DNA of 64,000 bases from assembly GCF_009914755.1 (NCBI RefSeq), contig NC_060928.1; one strand, written 5' to 3'. Position numbers and translations under genes: made by a program. Positions 26,015 through 44,322 of this stretch are shown here, piece by piece (positions within the stretch are counted from its first letter, which is position 1; each line of letters begins with the position of its first letter). Source of the DNA: the human T2T-CHM13v2.0 reference genome, Homo sapiens. The notes below the pieces were generated by a model. It saw nothing but the letters and a program-made list of their open reading frames with translations. It did not search any database and was not told the origin of the DNA.

Positions 26015-27269
26015 TCATCCTTTTGAAATTCCTTCAAATGTCTGCTATTATCTATAATAAGTGACTGCTTTTGCACACATTTTCCTATGTTTTTCTTTCA
26101 ATATTCAAAGAAATGTTTATCTTACTGAATATTACCAACCACTTTTCTATGTAAGTCTGTGTGCATTATTATGGATGTGATTCAAATTCAGCTCCTTAAA
26201 CCCCTTGCCAGATCTTCAATACCTCTTTTTCTACCAAATTCTTCCCATAAGTACATAAATATTTTGACGTCCAACAATTACAACAGCAAAATAAAACATC
26301 ATTCTTTTCAAAATCCCACTCCAACTGAATTTTTTTTTTCTGATTTTATCTTCCTTTTACTTGATCTTTATAGCCAAACTTCTTTGCAAGAGTAAATTAT
26401 GTTCATTTCCCCTTTCTGTGCTTTGTATTATCATACTCCATTTCTGCAGCGGCTATTTTCTTAGAACTTCTTCTAAAATCTTCTGTGACATTGAATTGTA
26501 TCACCACTGTTTTTTCTCTTTCTGTTTCTTGATTTATCAAGTTTGATTCTTTGTACTTTCCATATATCTATTGAATATATTATATATGCATAAAACATAT
26601 TTATAAGCATGTTTATATGCATGTTTCTATATACACATACATGTACACACACTGTCCTCCATTCTCTTGCTATTACCTTTACCCAAATTCCTTTTATCTC
26701 TTGCCTGAATTATATCAAAGCCACTAACAGGAGAAATTTGACTAGGTATTCAATTTATTGAGATATATAGTTGAGGTAATATTAGTATAACCCAACATGA
26801 GAAGATTAGTACATAGTAAAATGTTCTCAAAGTTGGCGAAATTCTGGAATTGAGGAGCAGGATAAGCTTTAGAGAAAGTAAACCAATTATCTGTCTTCAC
26901 ACAAGAGAATGATGTAGCACTTTGTATCAGGAAAATCAAAGTATACCAATTTGATTGCATTTATATTATCTGTAAATTTGGAGCATTGTTTTAGAACTGA
27001 TAAAACTTTGGATTGCTGCAGTAACATGTGTAACACAGATACTCCATGTGAGATTGGTAACAAACTGTATAATCTCAGTTCTTAGGGTGTAGCTTTTTCT
27101 AAAAAATAAATAAATAAATAAATTAGGCTTCTTGGTACAGACAAGAAGAAAATAAGTGTTGAATTTTTTTAGTTGATTTTTAAATTTCTTCTTTGGGGCA
27201 TATTCTAATATTCTCTGCTTCTAATACTGGATGACATGCTTCATTTGTGGTTTGTGTAAATAATACCGT

Positions 27270-27825
27270 AACTGGTCTGGATTTCCTACTCACCTTCTTC
27301 TAATACATGAACACACCAAATATGGATTGTACAAGGATTTGTAATCTGACTGTAGACGAGATTATACTACTGCCCTACTTAAAAATCTTCACATAACTTT
27401 CTATTTTCATATGAAATGATCATACTCTTTAATAAGGATGACAAGGCTCTCAGCTTGTACCTATCTTTTTAATGTATCCACAATCTTTCCTCTCACTACA
27501 ATAGAGCAACACTTTCCTTCTATTTCTTTTTATTTAAAGTCTCTGCATGCCTAACTCCTTTGTATTTTTCCCTTAAAATATCATCTACTCAGTAACTCCA
27601 TACCTGACCAACTTATCTTACTCATTGTCTATAACCTTGTCCTGTATGACTATTTTACTAAATTTATTACAAATAATTATATCTTTGTTTTTGTTTAATT
27701 ACCTTCTTCACTATAATGTAAATTTCAAGAAAATAAGATTTTTTTCAGCACTGTATTTCCAAAACCTAAATCATCGGAGACATTCAATTAAATATTTGGT
27801 AACTATTGAATTAATGATGACAATA
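27270..27825 (+). mobile_element. L2 fragments
   Basis: Degenerate L2 3' region ending 'aaatatttggtaactattgaattaatga'. Confidence 0.5.
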
Positions 27826-27899
27826 TGACTAGAATCTCAAGTAGCATCTATGCAAATAAGAAGAAAATATGATCTAAAAACATACTTTTTTGGCAGGAA

Positions 27900-28090
27900 C
27901 ATTATCTTTAATATTTTAGTTAATTCTTATAAGAGATTTGCAAATAAAAAAGTACCATTGTTGTTTTTAAATTAGAAAAATGACATTCAGAGAAATGGCA
28001 AGTTCCCATTTGTCACACAGCTAGCTAGTCAAAGAACAAGGATATAACCCCAAGTCTTTTAACCTCAAATTCAGAACTTTTGGAATGATA
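27900..28090 (-). mobile_element. MIR
   Basis: 'gtcacacagctagctagt...ggatataaccccaagtct'. Confidence 0.55.
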
Positions 28091-30421
28091 CTGACTTGAA
28101 CGCTGTGCACCCAATTATTGCCTATGAAAATAACATTGACTTTATTACTGGATGTGAAAGCAGAAAGAGGAAAGATTTCTATTTAAGCCACTAATGACCA
28201 CTGGGTATTAGGAAAAATTCTACAAGGGATGCAAAACAGAAAAATTTTGTTTTTGTTATTAATCTAGATGCTTATAACATAAGAGTTAAAATGGCATTCT
28301 GATGTAAAGCTTATATTTGGTTGATCACTTTTTTCTACAAAAAACTAGGGTAAACAGATAGTGTATTTCAACCAATAATTTTGTTTAACGTAGAATGCTT
28401 TTCATTTTTTTGTTTATTTTTATAATGTTTAATTCATATATTATCTGAAGCAAGTTTGCTTATGCAAACACACACAAATACACACACACAAACACACCCC
28501 TTCCCTAATTCCTTCCTTTGAAGCATGTTTTGTTTTGTTTTAATTTCTGAAGAATTGTCAAATGCACAAATATATAGTGAATAAATTTTTTGTATTATAA
28601 TTTTGATCTTGTGACATGCACATTATTCTCCAAACTTTGTGTTATGTCCATAGTTAGCATTATACACAATCATTAAGATTACTTGTAAACTGAAAATTGC
28701 AGCTAAATTATAAGTCACTTAAGGAGTGCTTTTTATACAACAGTAATGAATGGCTTGTGAAGACAGTTCAGGGATGTTCATTCTGTATAAACACAATATT
28801 CGTACAAACTTTTATCACAACGTAGTGGTCTGTCGGAGTGCAAATTTACAATTCAGATAATGTTATTGGTTAATGAGGGACAAATAGTTATTGGTTTAAC
28901 TCTGGTTTATTCTATTTTTATGCCTAAATTTCTGTCATTTTTTTTCTTTGATTTCAATGCGTTTCTCTAGTTAATTATAAAAATCATCAGTTAACCAAGA
29001 CATTCTAATTTTAAAATCTAAATTCTTAATATAAAAGTACATCTTAACCCATCATAAATATCTTCACTAGAAAAAAATTTGTGGGGGGTGGGGCCAAAAT
29101 TGACGACTAGAAGAAGTGGTGGTCGGAGGCTCCCACTTTTTCTTTGGAGAAGAACGAGAAGAAAGTGCGAATCCTGCACCGGCAACCGAGATATCCAGGT
29201 TCCATCATCAGGATTGACTAGGCAGTTGGCGCGACCCTTGGAGATCAAGGAAAAGCAGGGTGGTACTTGGGCCCACCTGAGAGCCACATGGAGCAGGGGA
29301 GTCCCTACTCCCAGCCAAAGGAGGCGGTGAGTGAGCATGCTACCCAACCTTGGAAACCGTGTTGTTTCCGCAGAATTGTGCAGCCCACAGATCAGAAGAT
29401 CCCACTTACGACCCCATGCCACCAGAGGCTTGGTCTCCAACCACAGAGCCGTGCAGATTCTCAACAGCCACTCAGCTGGAATCTCCTTAAGATCACCAAG
29501 TTCTTGGAGGGAGGGGCGGCCATCATCACTGCGAGTGCCTGCTGCCTAAGCCTTCTGAGCTCAGTGGGGCAGGGGCTCTGAGATCCCAAGGGAGGGGCAG
29601 CCGGCATCACTGTGGCTGCTAACTGCCTAAGTCACTGAACTACTGGAGGGGGAAGGGTGGCAGCCATCACTATAGCTCCGGGACAAGATTTTCCCCTGCT
29701 GTAGCTGGGGAGACTGGATGGCTTGGTCTGAAGAGCTATTCCCCACAGCATAGCACATTGGTTGTGGCAGATGGTGGCCAGACTGCCTCTTTAGTCCAGA
29801 CCCTGAGCCATCTCTCCTCACTGGGTGGGGCCTCCCTACAGGAACTCCAGCCAGGGGCTTAGGGACAGAGCTCTGATCTCCAGGGGCCTGAGCCTCTAGG
29901 GGAGGGTTGGCCGTAGTCTCCGCAGACCAGCAGGCTTAGTCTTTCCCCCTGTTAGTGCTGAGGAATCCAGGCAGCCCAGGCGCGTGGAGTTCCCCCCAGC
30001 GCAGCACACCCCCTCCACCAAGAGACAACCAAAGCTCTTTCTTAAATGGGTCCTGGTTCCCATGTACCCCAACTGGGTGAGACCCCCTCAACAGGGATTG
30101 CCAGACACCCTATACAGCAGCATTCCTACTGGCATCGAGTTGGTGCCCTCGAGGTCAGAGACCCCAGAGGAAGGAGCAGGCACCCATCTTTGTTGTTCTC
30201 CAGCCTCCTTGGGTGACATCTCCAGGTGCAGGAGTGCCCCAGATGAATAGGGCCTGAAGTGAACCCCCAGCAAACTGCAGCAGTCGTATAGAAGAGGGGA
30301 CTGACTATTGAAAGAGAAACAAACAGAAAGCAACAACAACAGGACCAACCATAAAGTACCCACGAAAACCTCCTCCAACGGTCAGCACCCTCAAAGATTG
30401 AAACTAGATAAACTTATGAAG

Positions 30422-31445
30422 ATGAGAAAGAATCAATGGAAAAACACAGGAAACTCAAAGGGCCAGAGTGCCTCTTCTCCAAATAATCACACCATTCCAG
30501 CAAGGGCACATAACTGAACAGATGATGAAATGGACGAATTGACAGGAAGCAGCTTCAGATGATGGGTAATAACAAACTTCGCTGAGGTAAAGGAGTATGT
30601 TCTAACCCAATGCAAAAAAGCTAATAACCATGATAAAAGGTTATAGGAGCTGCTAACTAGAATAACCAGTTTAGAGAGAAACATAAATAACCTGATGGAG
30701 CTGAAAAACAGCACAAGAACTTCTTGATACATATGCAAGTATGAACAGCTGAATCAATCAAGAAGAAGAAAGAGAATCAGAGCTTGAAGACTATCTCTCT
30801 GAAATAAAGCAGGCAGACAAGTTTAGAGAAAAAAAGAATGAAAAGGAACAAACATAACCTCCAAGAACTATGGAACTATGTAAAAAGACTGAACCTGCAA
30901 CTGATTGGGGTACCTGAAGGAGATGGGGAGAATGGAACCAAGTTGGCAAACACACTTCAGGATATCATCCAAGAGAACTTCCCCAACCTAGCAACACAGG
31001 CCAACATTCAAATTCAGGAAATATAGAGAGCCCCAGTAAGATACTCCAGGAGAAGATCAACCCAAAGACACATAATTTTCAGATTCTCCAAGCTCAAAAT
31101 GAAGGAAAAAGTGTTGAGGGCAGCCAGAGAGAAAGGCCAGCTCACCTATAAAGGGAAGCCCATCAGACTAACAAAGAGTGGACCTGTCAGCAGAAACCTT
31201 GCAAACCAGGATAGAGGGGGTGCCAATATTCAAAGTTCTTAAAATAGTTTTCAACCCAGAATTTCATATCTGGCCAATCTAAGCTTGATAAGCAGAGGAG
31301 AAATAAAATCCTTTACAGACAAGCAAATGATGAAGGATTTCATCACTGCCAGGCCTGCCTTGCAAGAGCTCCTGAAGGAAGCACTAAATATGGAAAAAAA
31401 AAAAAAAAATCCGGAACCAGCCACCGCAAAAACGTACTGAAATAC
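30422..31445 (+). pseudogene. Disrupted L1 ORF1p
   Basis: MRKNQ... start; fragment 'LQELWNYVKRLNLQLIGVPEGDGENGTKLANTLQDIIQENFPNLA'; stops and frameshifts. Confidence 0.88.
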
Positions 31446-31510
31446 GAAGACTAATGACACTATGAAGAAACTGCATCAACTAATGTACAAAATAACCAGC
31501 TAGAATCATG

Positions 31511-33482
<1,972 letters not shown>

Positions 33483-34536
33483 TGTATTAGTCAGGGTTCT
33501 CTAGAAGGACTGAAGTAATAGGATATATATATATATCCATATATATATATATCCATATATATCCATATATATATCCATATATATATATCCATATATATAT
33601 CCATATATATATCCATATATATATATCCATATATATATCCATATATATATATCCATATATATATCCATATATATATATCCATATATATATCCATATATAT
33701 ATATCCATATATATATATCCATATATATATATCCATATATATATATCCATATATATATATCCATATATATATCCATATATATATCCATATATATATCCAT
33801 ATATATATATCCATATATATATCCATATATATATATCCATATATATATCCATATATATATATCCATATATATATCCATATATATATATCCATATATATAT
33901 CCATATATATATATCCATATATATATCCATATATATATATCCATATATATATCCATATATATATATCCATATATATATCCATATATATATATCCATATAT
34001 ATATCCATATATATATATCCATATATATATCCATATATATATATCCATATATATATCCATATATATATATCCATATATATATCCATATATATATCCATAT
34101 ATATATCCATATATATCCATATATATATATATCTCGATATATATATATATATGAGTTTATTAAGTATTCACACGTGATCACAAGGTCCCACAATAGGCCA
34201 TGTGCAACCTGAGGAGCAAGGAAAGACAGTCCTAGTCCCCAAACTGAAGAACTTGGAGTCCGATGTTTGAGGGTAGGAAGCATCCAGCAGGGGAGAAAGA
34301 TGTAGGCTGGAAGGCTAGGCCAGTCTTGCCTCTTCACATTTTTCTGCCTGCTTTATATTCTAGCCACAATGGCAGCTGATTAGACAATGCCCACCCAGAC
34401 TATGGGAGGGTCTGCCTTTCCTAGCCCACTGACTCAAATGTTAATCTCTTTTGGCAACACCCTCACAGACACATCAAGGATCAATACTTCGTATCCTTCA
34501 ATCTAATCGAGTTGACACTCAGTATTAACCATCTCA
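33483..34536 (-). mobile_element. MLT2A (MLT2A1-like) HERV-L 3' LTR
   Basis: 'tgtattagtcagggttctctaga...cccactgactcaaatgttaatctc...cagtattaaccatctca'. Confidence 0.92.
33523..34152. repeat. ~630-bp [CC(AT)5 CC(AT)6]n higher-order VNTR
   Basis: Mostly alternating 12- and 14-nt units giving a 26-nt period, reflected in the 26-aa periodicity of the ORF-track translations. Confidence 0.95.
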
Positions 34537-34780
34537 AGTTCACCCCTTGTCAACTTGAACACATAACACGTCTCCTGAGATTATACATAATCTTCAAATA
34601 AAGACAATAGTAAGGTCATAATTATGCCTAATGTAATACAACTATCCTTCATAAAACTGGAAACACACCATCCTCATCCTAAATACTATTACATAAAGTT
34701 AATTATACTTAAACGCTGATATGAAGCTAATAAATCTTATGTCACATGATAAAGGAAAAAGGAAATAAACAAAAGGAAAT
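34537..34780 (-). mobile_element. HERV-L internal 3' fragment
   Basis: Abuts the LTR with the PPT complement 'agttcacccct', then 'tcttcaaataaagacaatagtaaggtcataattatgcc'. Confidence 0.8.
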
Positions 34781-35649
34781 ATAGAAAAAAAATCTTGTGT
34801 TACCCCTCTTTTCCACTACCTGTCATGTACACACATGCAAATACAAAATATACATTATCCTATATAAAATTATAATGCATGTAAGCTTGTCATAAAAATT
34901 AAAAGGAGCAAAAATAAATACAACAATAGTGGAATTAATTGTGTAATGCAAGGGAGAAATTGGGTTGATACTTAACAAGGAACTGAAATTCTATACTGGA
35001 AAGTTAGCCAATCTTTCTCCCTGGACTTCAATTTTTCTACTTTCTGCATATTTTCTCAATTTTCTTTCTCTGAAAACAGCATTTTTTGCTTCTTTGTCCA
35101 AAGTGGGGGGAAAACTAGCCCAGTAATGGCTTCCAGGTTTAGATTATCTTCACTTAAAGGACTAGCTCATGTTGGGCTTGCTGTTTTCCAGCTTAAACTT
35201 CCAAGAGATAGAATAAAAATGTCCCAATTTGGGTGTTATTTCTTCCTATAGTCAGTCGCATGCATCCAGGGGAATAGAATCATACAGAAGAAACATTGAC
35301 ACAAGGAACCAACCTTACGGTTAGGACAGGCCGTCCCCAGGAGAGAGGCTGGACTGACGCTCACTTTGGTGACCATTGCACTTTCTTACTATTTGCTGCT
35401 ACATTATCATCTAACAAGTTCAGATTAGCTGAAGATAGCTTGATTACCATTTTCTCAAACTTTTGTACATGCAATTTTAGGAATACAGAAATGGTATTTC
35501 AGGGAGTATTCAAAACCATAGGATAAACCTGGTACATCTTCTGTGAATGCCAAATTTTCTTTATGGCACTTAGGTTAACATGGTTTTATTTATATTAAAA
35601 AGATGTAGGAGACTAGAATACCAATCAATTTAATAAATATTTTATCTCT

Positions 35650-38336
<2,687 letters not shown>

Positions 38337-38619
38337 TAGTGTCCTGAAACAGCAGTGCTTAGACTATGATTAAAATGCTTAGGCTTTACTAAGGAGACAT
38401 AAGGCCAGAACATTGAGGGTGATTTAAAAAGGGGAAGCAAGGCAAGAAAATACTCACAGGAATGTGATACAATGCCTTATCTAATTGGCTTCCACTTCAT
38501 AATGTCAGGAGGACATCCAGAACTTCACTCAGCAGATCTATTTGCTTGGCACATCAACACCTAATGATAGAAGTGCCTGTATAGCATAGGTGTGTGTAAA
38601 GTTACTTTTCACCTCATGG

Positions 38620-39010
38620 TGAGGTACATGAATCTTTAAGAGCATCCAATTTTTTTTCAAATTTTCTTTTTTTCTATTAATTAATTTTTATTAGTATTGA
38701 TTCATATTTTCATATTTCATTCATAGCACTACAAACTTACTGTTTTTAACTATTCTGAAACTAACTTTCCCCCAGATTTGACAAGTAAAATCACCTTTAA
38801 GCTAGTTTCAGAATCATTTTGAATGTTTTCCATCATTCTTAAGCACTTCCTTAATTTGGGGGAAAAAAAAATGTTCCAGGATTATCTTGGTCTTTCCCTG
38901 CCCCAGACTTGGACTTAGGCATTTCTCCAAGGAGTTCTAGTCCCTTTTAGTAAATAATAGTATTAAAACACCAAGACCTAGGTGGTAGGTATGCTTTTGC
39001 TGTTAGTCAC
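38620..39010 (-). mobile_element. L1MC/L1ME 3' fragment
   Basis: 'ttccctgccccagacttgga...catttctccaaggag...ccaagacctaggtg'. Confidence 0.6.
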
Positions 39011-39248
39011 AATTTAAAGACTGATCTTCCACCATGTTTGTCTCTGAATTTGAATTATTTTCCTTTCTGGCCTGAAACTGAGAAAGCATTGTTTAGCTGC
39101 TTAACCATTCATCCACCGATTTTTTTCAGACTTTCAGACTTTCAGCTATTGTTTATGAAGGAGTCAGAAACCGACTTTTTTAAGATAAAAAGAAGATCAA
39201 TCTATTATCATTCAATATTGCATATTTTGAAAATAAGAATGCTTCCTT

Positions 39249-39255
39249 TCTCTCT

Positions 39256-39308
<53 letters not shown>
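39249..39308. repeat. (TC)5(TG)25 microsatellite
   Basis: Read directly. Confidence 0.95.
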
Positions 39309-39313
<5 letters not shown>

Positions 39314-40587
39314 AGACTGGTTAGTTGTAAATGTTTATGGATACGGAGGAGGAGAGATCTTGACTTGTTAGGCTTCACACTGAGCATCTGACAATGTCGG
39401 AAATTCCTTTAAAAAACAGAAGCATTCAGTTGTTCAAAGATAAAGTTAAATTAATCAGAGACCTGAGTTCAAATGTCTGTTTTGCCTATTATCAGATGTG
39501 TCTCCTTGGCCATCTGTTTTTCTTGTGAGAATAGTAAAAATAATTTGAACCTGTCAGAGTTTGGCATGCTATTCATACTAAATTAATAATCCTTATATTC
39601 ATGCAGACTTAATGTCACACAAAGTCATCAATGAGACAGAGGAAGAAAATAACATGAGAGTTTTGAAACTGTGATGGATTATAAATTATGAAATACTTAC
39701 ATGGAAAAGAGAAGCCGAGTATTTGAAAATTAAGCTTCTCATTTTCTCATTTTCTCATTTTAATAGTTTTGTCAAGGGTCTGCCTGGAATTACCTATGGA
39801 TTATATGCACAAACAGATTACCTTAAATAAATGAGATGTTCTTTAAGGTTACAAAGCATATGAGTAATAAGGGTAAATAAAATATGACAAGTTATATCTT
39901 CTATTTGGACAAATGGGCTGGGTTAAATCTGAATATAAAGGTAACTAACTCTTTACCTACTCCTAGTTTACTTTACAGAAAGCAATGTCTCAGTATTTTG
40001 GACTGTCTCATTTGACTATGTTTGGATTCTAAGCCTTTGCTCTAGGCATACTCTTTGATCCTCCCCAAGAATGCACAAAAGGTATTAATCGTTGCATGCA
40101 GAATATAAGCTATTCAAAATAATCCTGATAGAAGTTAAAACTGCATTAGGAAAATTCTTAATAGAATTAAAACTGACAGAAAAATCTCATCTAATTAGTA
40201 ATGTTAAAAAATACAAACAATTATCTGGTAAAATACATTGGTACATCAATATAAAATAAAATAGACAACCATTAAAGGAGCAAAAATAGTTATTGATCAC
40301 TGTAAATGAAAGAAAATTATTATGTACTATTTTAATCTGCCCAATGTATTCAGATAAAATTTTACTTCAAAGAAATAATGACCTAAAAATAACAGAAGTA
40401 TAAAATGTTAAAATTTTGAAATAGATATGGAGTGATTAATCAAATCTCCATCATAAAATTCACACAGAATATTTGATCTCTGGTTAAAATGATTTTAACT
40501 CACTAAGAATGAGAATAGAAAATATTAGAAATGTTTATCTATTAAGTATTTTTTCTTGATAGAATTTCATTGACTTTACATCATTCT

Positions 40588-40670
40588 GTATGTATAATGT
40601 ATAATGTTTTATGTATAATGTATAATGCATATGTATAATGTATAACGCATATGTATAATGTATAACGTTT
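40588..40670. repeat. Short minisatellite, ~20-nt unit (tatgtataatgtataaYgca), ~4 copies
   Basis: Read directly. Confidence 0.85.
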
Positions 40671-40780
40671 TATATTTTACCATTTTACATATACAGGACC
40701 TGAGGTCTTATTTAATATGAATTCCAGAGATGAAAAAATGTTAGTAGAAACTGACTCCCTATTAGTAACTCAGTATTTTC

Positions 40781-41099
40781 ATTTGTTTGTTTGTTTTTTT
40801 GTTTTGTTTTGTTTTGAGACGGAGTCTCACTCGCTCTGTGGCCCAGGATGGAGTGCAGTAGTGCCATCTCGGCTCACTGCTAGCTCCGCCTCCCCAGTTC
40901 ACGCCATTCTCCTGCCTCAGCCTCCCGAGTAGCTGGGACTACAGGCGCCCACCACCACGCTCAGCTAATGTTTTGTATTTTTAGTAGAAACGAGGTTTCA
41001 CCATGTTGGCCAGGCTGGTCTCTAACTCCTGACCTCGTGATCTGCCAGTTCAACATCCCAAAGTGCTGGGATTACAAGCGTGAGCCACAGCACCCGGCC
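40781..41099 (-). mobile_element. Alu with Y-like right arm and Sg-like left arm
   Basis: Full reverse Alu; TSD gtaactcagtatttt / gtaagtcagtatctt. Confidence 0.93.
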
Positions 41100-42619
41100 T
41101 GTAAGTCAGTATCTTAAAATACACTTACTTTTATATGTCAGATGTGTAAAATCCATTTAAAATTACAGTATTCTACTTTATAGAAATAGAAGAATAAAAT
41201 GAGATCCCTGGATTTTTTTCATCTTTCGTGTTTTAATGGTTAACTTCCCTTGGGAACAATGGAAGATATAATGATTATAATTACAAAAAATATAATTAAG
41301 TAGATAAATACAGAGAAATATAACATAATTAGAATTTCATAGAAGTTTTAAAATAAAAATTTGCATTGCAGATTTTAATGAACTCTGGGATTGTTGTCTT
41401 GGTAGCAACAAGTATCATTACCAATTACATATATTTTTAACTCAAAGAATAATGACTAGAAATGGCTAAGATAAAACCTTGCTCTTATCTTGTATAATTA
41501 ATCCAATGTGTTGAACTGTCAGCAGTAAGTTATTTAAGTGTACAAATATTAACCTGTAAAAGGAGGACATTAATAAATTCTCCTTAGCTTGCTGCTACTT
41601 AGTAACACCTAGTGATAAAAGAGACATTCTTCTGGGCAATAACAGCATCAAAAAGAAGAAAAAGGCAATTAATCAAAATATGAATTTACTAAAAGAATTG
41701 GAAGCAGCACAACCTTATTGGTATCCTAATTACTAATTATTTTAGCATCTGCCTAATGAGTAAAAAACTTCCAATTTACAAGTAACGTAAGTGATCATTA
41801 GATTGTATGATGTTTTATACCATTTCTACGTTTGAAAATGTTATACGAAAAACAAGCTGGCAGCCTTTTAAAGTGTTTAAAGCTGTGTTTACCATGTAAG
41901 ACTTTAATGCCTCCTTTAAATGCCTTTTAAACCTATTACAAACACACTCATGTAGCATCTCTATGCTAGTAGGGGATGTAACTGAAAATGAGATTGTACT
42001 CTGAAACTATTACACAGTTTCAGTGATTCTTTCTCTTTGCATTTTATTCCAAGTTTAAATTTTAGTAAATTTATATCACTTTAGATCCATTGTTCTGCTT
42101 ATGTCAGTCCTTTTACTTAATATTTGATCTCAGTTTTGTTGGTTTCATAACTCAGCATGTACTGTGGGAAGTAAGAGGTTATTTTTTTCATTCTGCGATT
42201 AAAATTAAAGGTGACAAGTGGCCTATGTTTACTAACATTGTTACCACCAATAATTTGTAAGTCTAAACAGTCTAATATTGAGCCCTGCAAGCTCTTTATT
42301 TCTCAGCAACCTTTCTCTGCCTGTATATACAAGGGATAGAAGATAGATGGTATTGTTGGTTTTGTGCCCTGAGGAGGAAATTAAATATTTATTTAATGTA
42401 CGTCTTTTGCCTTGGTATCAAATCTAATAAACAATTGCTTTGATTAATGAATTTTAGCATTTCGTATTGTAAGAGGTATGGATTACTTATAGCTTGAGGG
42501 CAATTTTAAGCCCAGCTTTGTGGAGGAAGAAGTGGCATTTGTTCTGGCCTTGAAGATTTTAGGAAAAGGTTTCTGGGGCAGCAGTAGAAAAGTTTCTTGA
42601 CCTAGCACTGACATCTTTT

Positions 42620-42770
42620 GGCTAAGTGACCTTGAACATGTCACTTAACCATTTTAAAGTCAGTTTCTTCATTTTAAAATTGAGATTAAGGTAATACTCA
42701 AAACAGAAACACATAACACATCCTGGCACTGTATAATTCAAGGGAAAATATTGATATAATGCACATAACA
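42620..42770 (+). mobile_element. MIR
   Basis: 'gtgaccttgaacatgtcacttaacc...cagtttcttcattttaaaattgag'. Confidence 0.7.
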
Positions 42771-43039
42771 TATGCTGTTTAAGATGAAAAATAAACAATG
42801 TTGGCACAATGGGTTTATGTGTGAACCTTTCCATGGCTTTAGTAGTGTATTTTCTTTCTGTTTGACTTTGCATTTTATTTATGAACACATAACTTAATAT
42901 CTTTTATATACATTTTTGATCAGGTGAAAGACTTATTTTTCCATCATTGTTATAAAAACTTTTGAGAAAGAGAGGAAACCATTTCATTATTGCTATTATT
43001 ATTTACTCCTTAGTTTTGTAAAAATATCAGACTTTCTAA

Positions 43040-43190
43040 AGGAAATGCAATTTAAATCTTGGTTCTACCACTCTCTACTAATACCACTTTAAACAAGTTA
43101 CTTACCAGTTCTTTGTTCCACTCATTTGTTTTATAAAACAGGGGTAACACCAACTTTTTAGGATGGATGTGAGGGTGACTTAAGAACATT
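43040..43190 (+). mobile_element. MIR
   Basis: 'aaatcttggttctaccact...aacaagttacttacc'. Confidence 0.55.
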
Positions 43191-44011
43191 TAGCCTGTAT
43201 AATTCCCTTCTGTGTACTGTAAATTAATATGGGGGTTCCTTTCAATATGCATATTTTATAAGTGTCTTTAAGACTCAGATCATAATTGAGAAATTATGAA
43301 AAAAGACATTCCCTTTAATAAATCAGCTAGATGACAAAAACTTTTTTTAGCTCATTTATTTTGATCAGTATGGAGATAAACTACAAGAGATTAAAATAAT
43401 AGCAAATTAATTACCTGGGAAGAAGTATTGGACAATATAGTTAATTTACTATAGAGGTAGAGGTCTCCTTTTCAGGAAGAATTCCTACTAAATGCTTGAA
43501 CGTCTTTTTGGTTTTTATTTTAAACTTTGAAGTCCAAATTCACATGTCAATAAAATATTAGGAAGATTCAATCTCAGAGTAGCTTCACCAAAGAAATATC
43601 TTCTTACATGCTGTTCTCACTGTAGGTTCCTTAGAGGAGCTATAGCTATGTTTTTGTGGTTCAAAGCTTTCTTAAGTGATATAATCTGGCTCTCAAAAAC
43701 ACACTCTGGTTAAAATACGTTAAGTAGAACAAATTTTGTAATGGAAGTATAAAACTGGAGGTGGCTCAATTCTAAGTAGAATCGTTGGCAACCAGTGGGA
43801 TTTTTAATAGACTCTGCATTTGCATCTGCACATCATTTAGCTAAGTCTTAAATGCCAAATGCAGTTTTCCTCCACAATTTATTAATATTAATTTTGATTT
43901 GGTAAACTAATTATACACATTCAACTAGCAGAGTTATTTTAGTGTGGGGTTAATTCTTGAAGAATATTAAATAGAGTGTAATATCCACTATATTATATAA
44001 AGTTTAATTGG

Positions 44012-44322
44012 GTTTGCCTTAGCTCTGGGTGCCATCATAAAACACCATAGACTTAGTGGCCTACACAACAGAAATTTATTTTCTAACAGTTCTGGAGGGT
44101 GGAAAATCTAAAATCAAGGTGCCTATTCATATGGCAGAGAGGGAGAGAACTCTAGTGTCTCTTCTTCTTAAGGACATCAGTCCTATGAAATTAGGGCCCC
44201 ATTCTTAAGATCTCACTTAACGTTTATAACTTCCTCACAGATCCTATCTCCAAAAAGAATCACACTGGAGGTTGGGGCTTCAACAAATGGATTTAAGAAG
44301 GACACAAACATTCAGTCCATTT
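44012..44322 (-). mobile_element. MLT1A-like MaLR solo LTR
   Basis: 'caacagaaatttattttctaacagttctggagg...ggacacaaacattcagtccat'. Confidence 0.85.

Noticed and set aside
29505-29680. Three ~70-bp imperfect tandem units (ggaggggc...catcact...tgcctaag)
   Set aside because: Most likely intrinsic repeat structure of older L1PA 5' UTRs, not a CRISPR-like or novel array
33487-34337. Three long minus-strand ORFs (207-278 aa) rich in [12 protein letters not shown]
   Set aside because: Translations of the stop-free CC(AT)n VNTR in all three frames; no coding signature
39038-39391. 117-aa ORF with a VCVCVC run
   Set aside because: Kept open by the (TG)n microsatellite; no coding features
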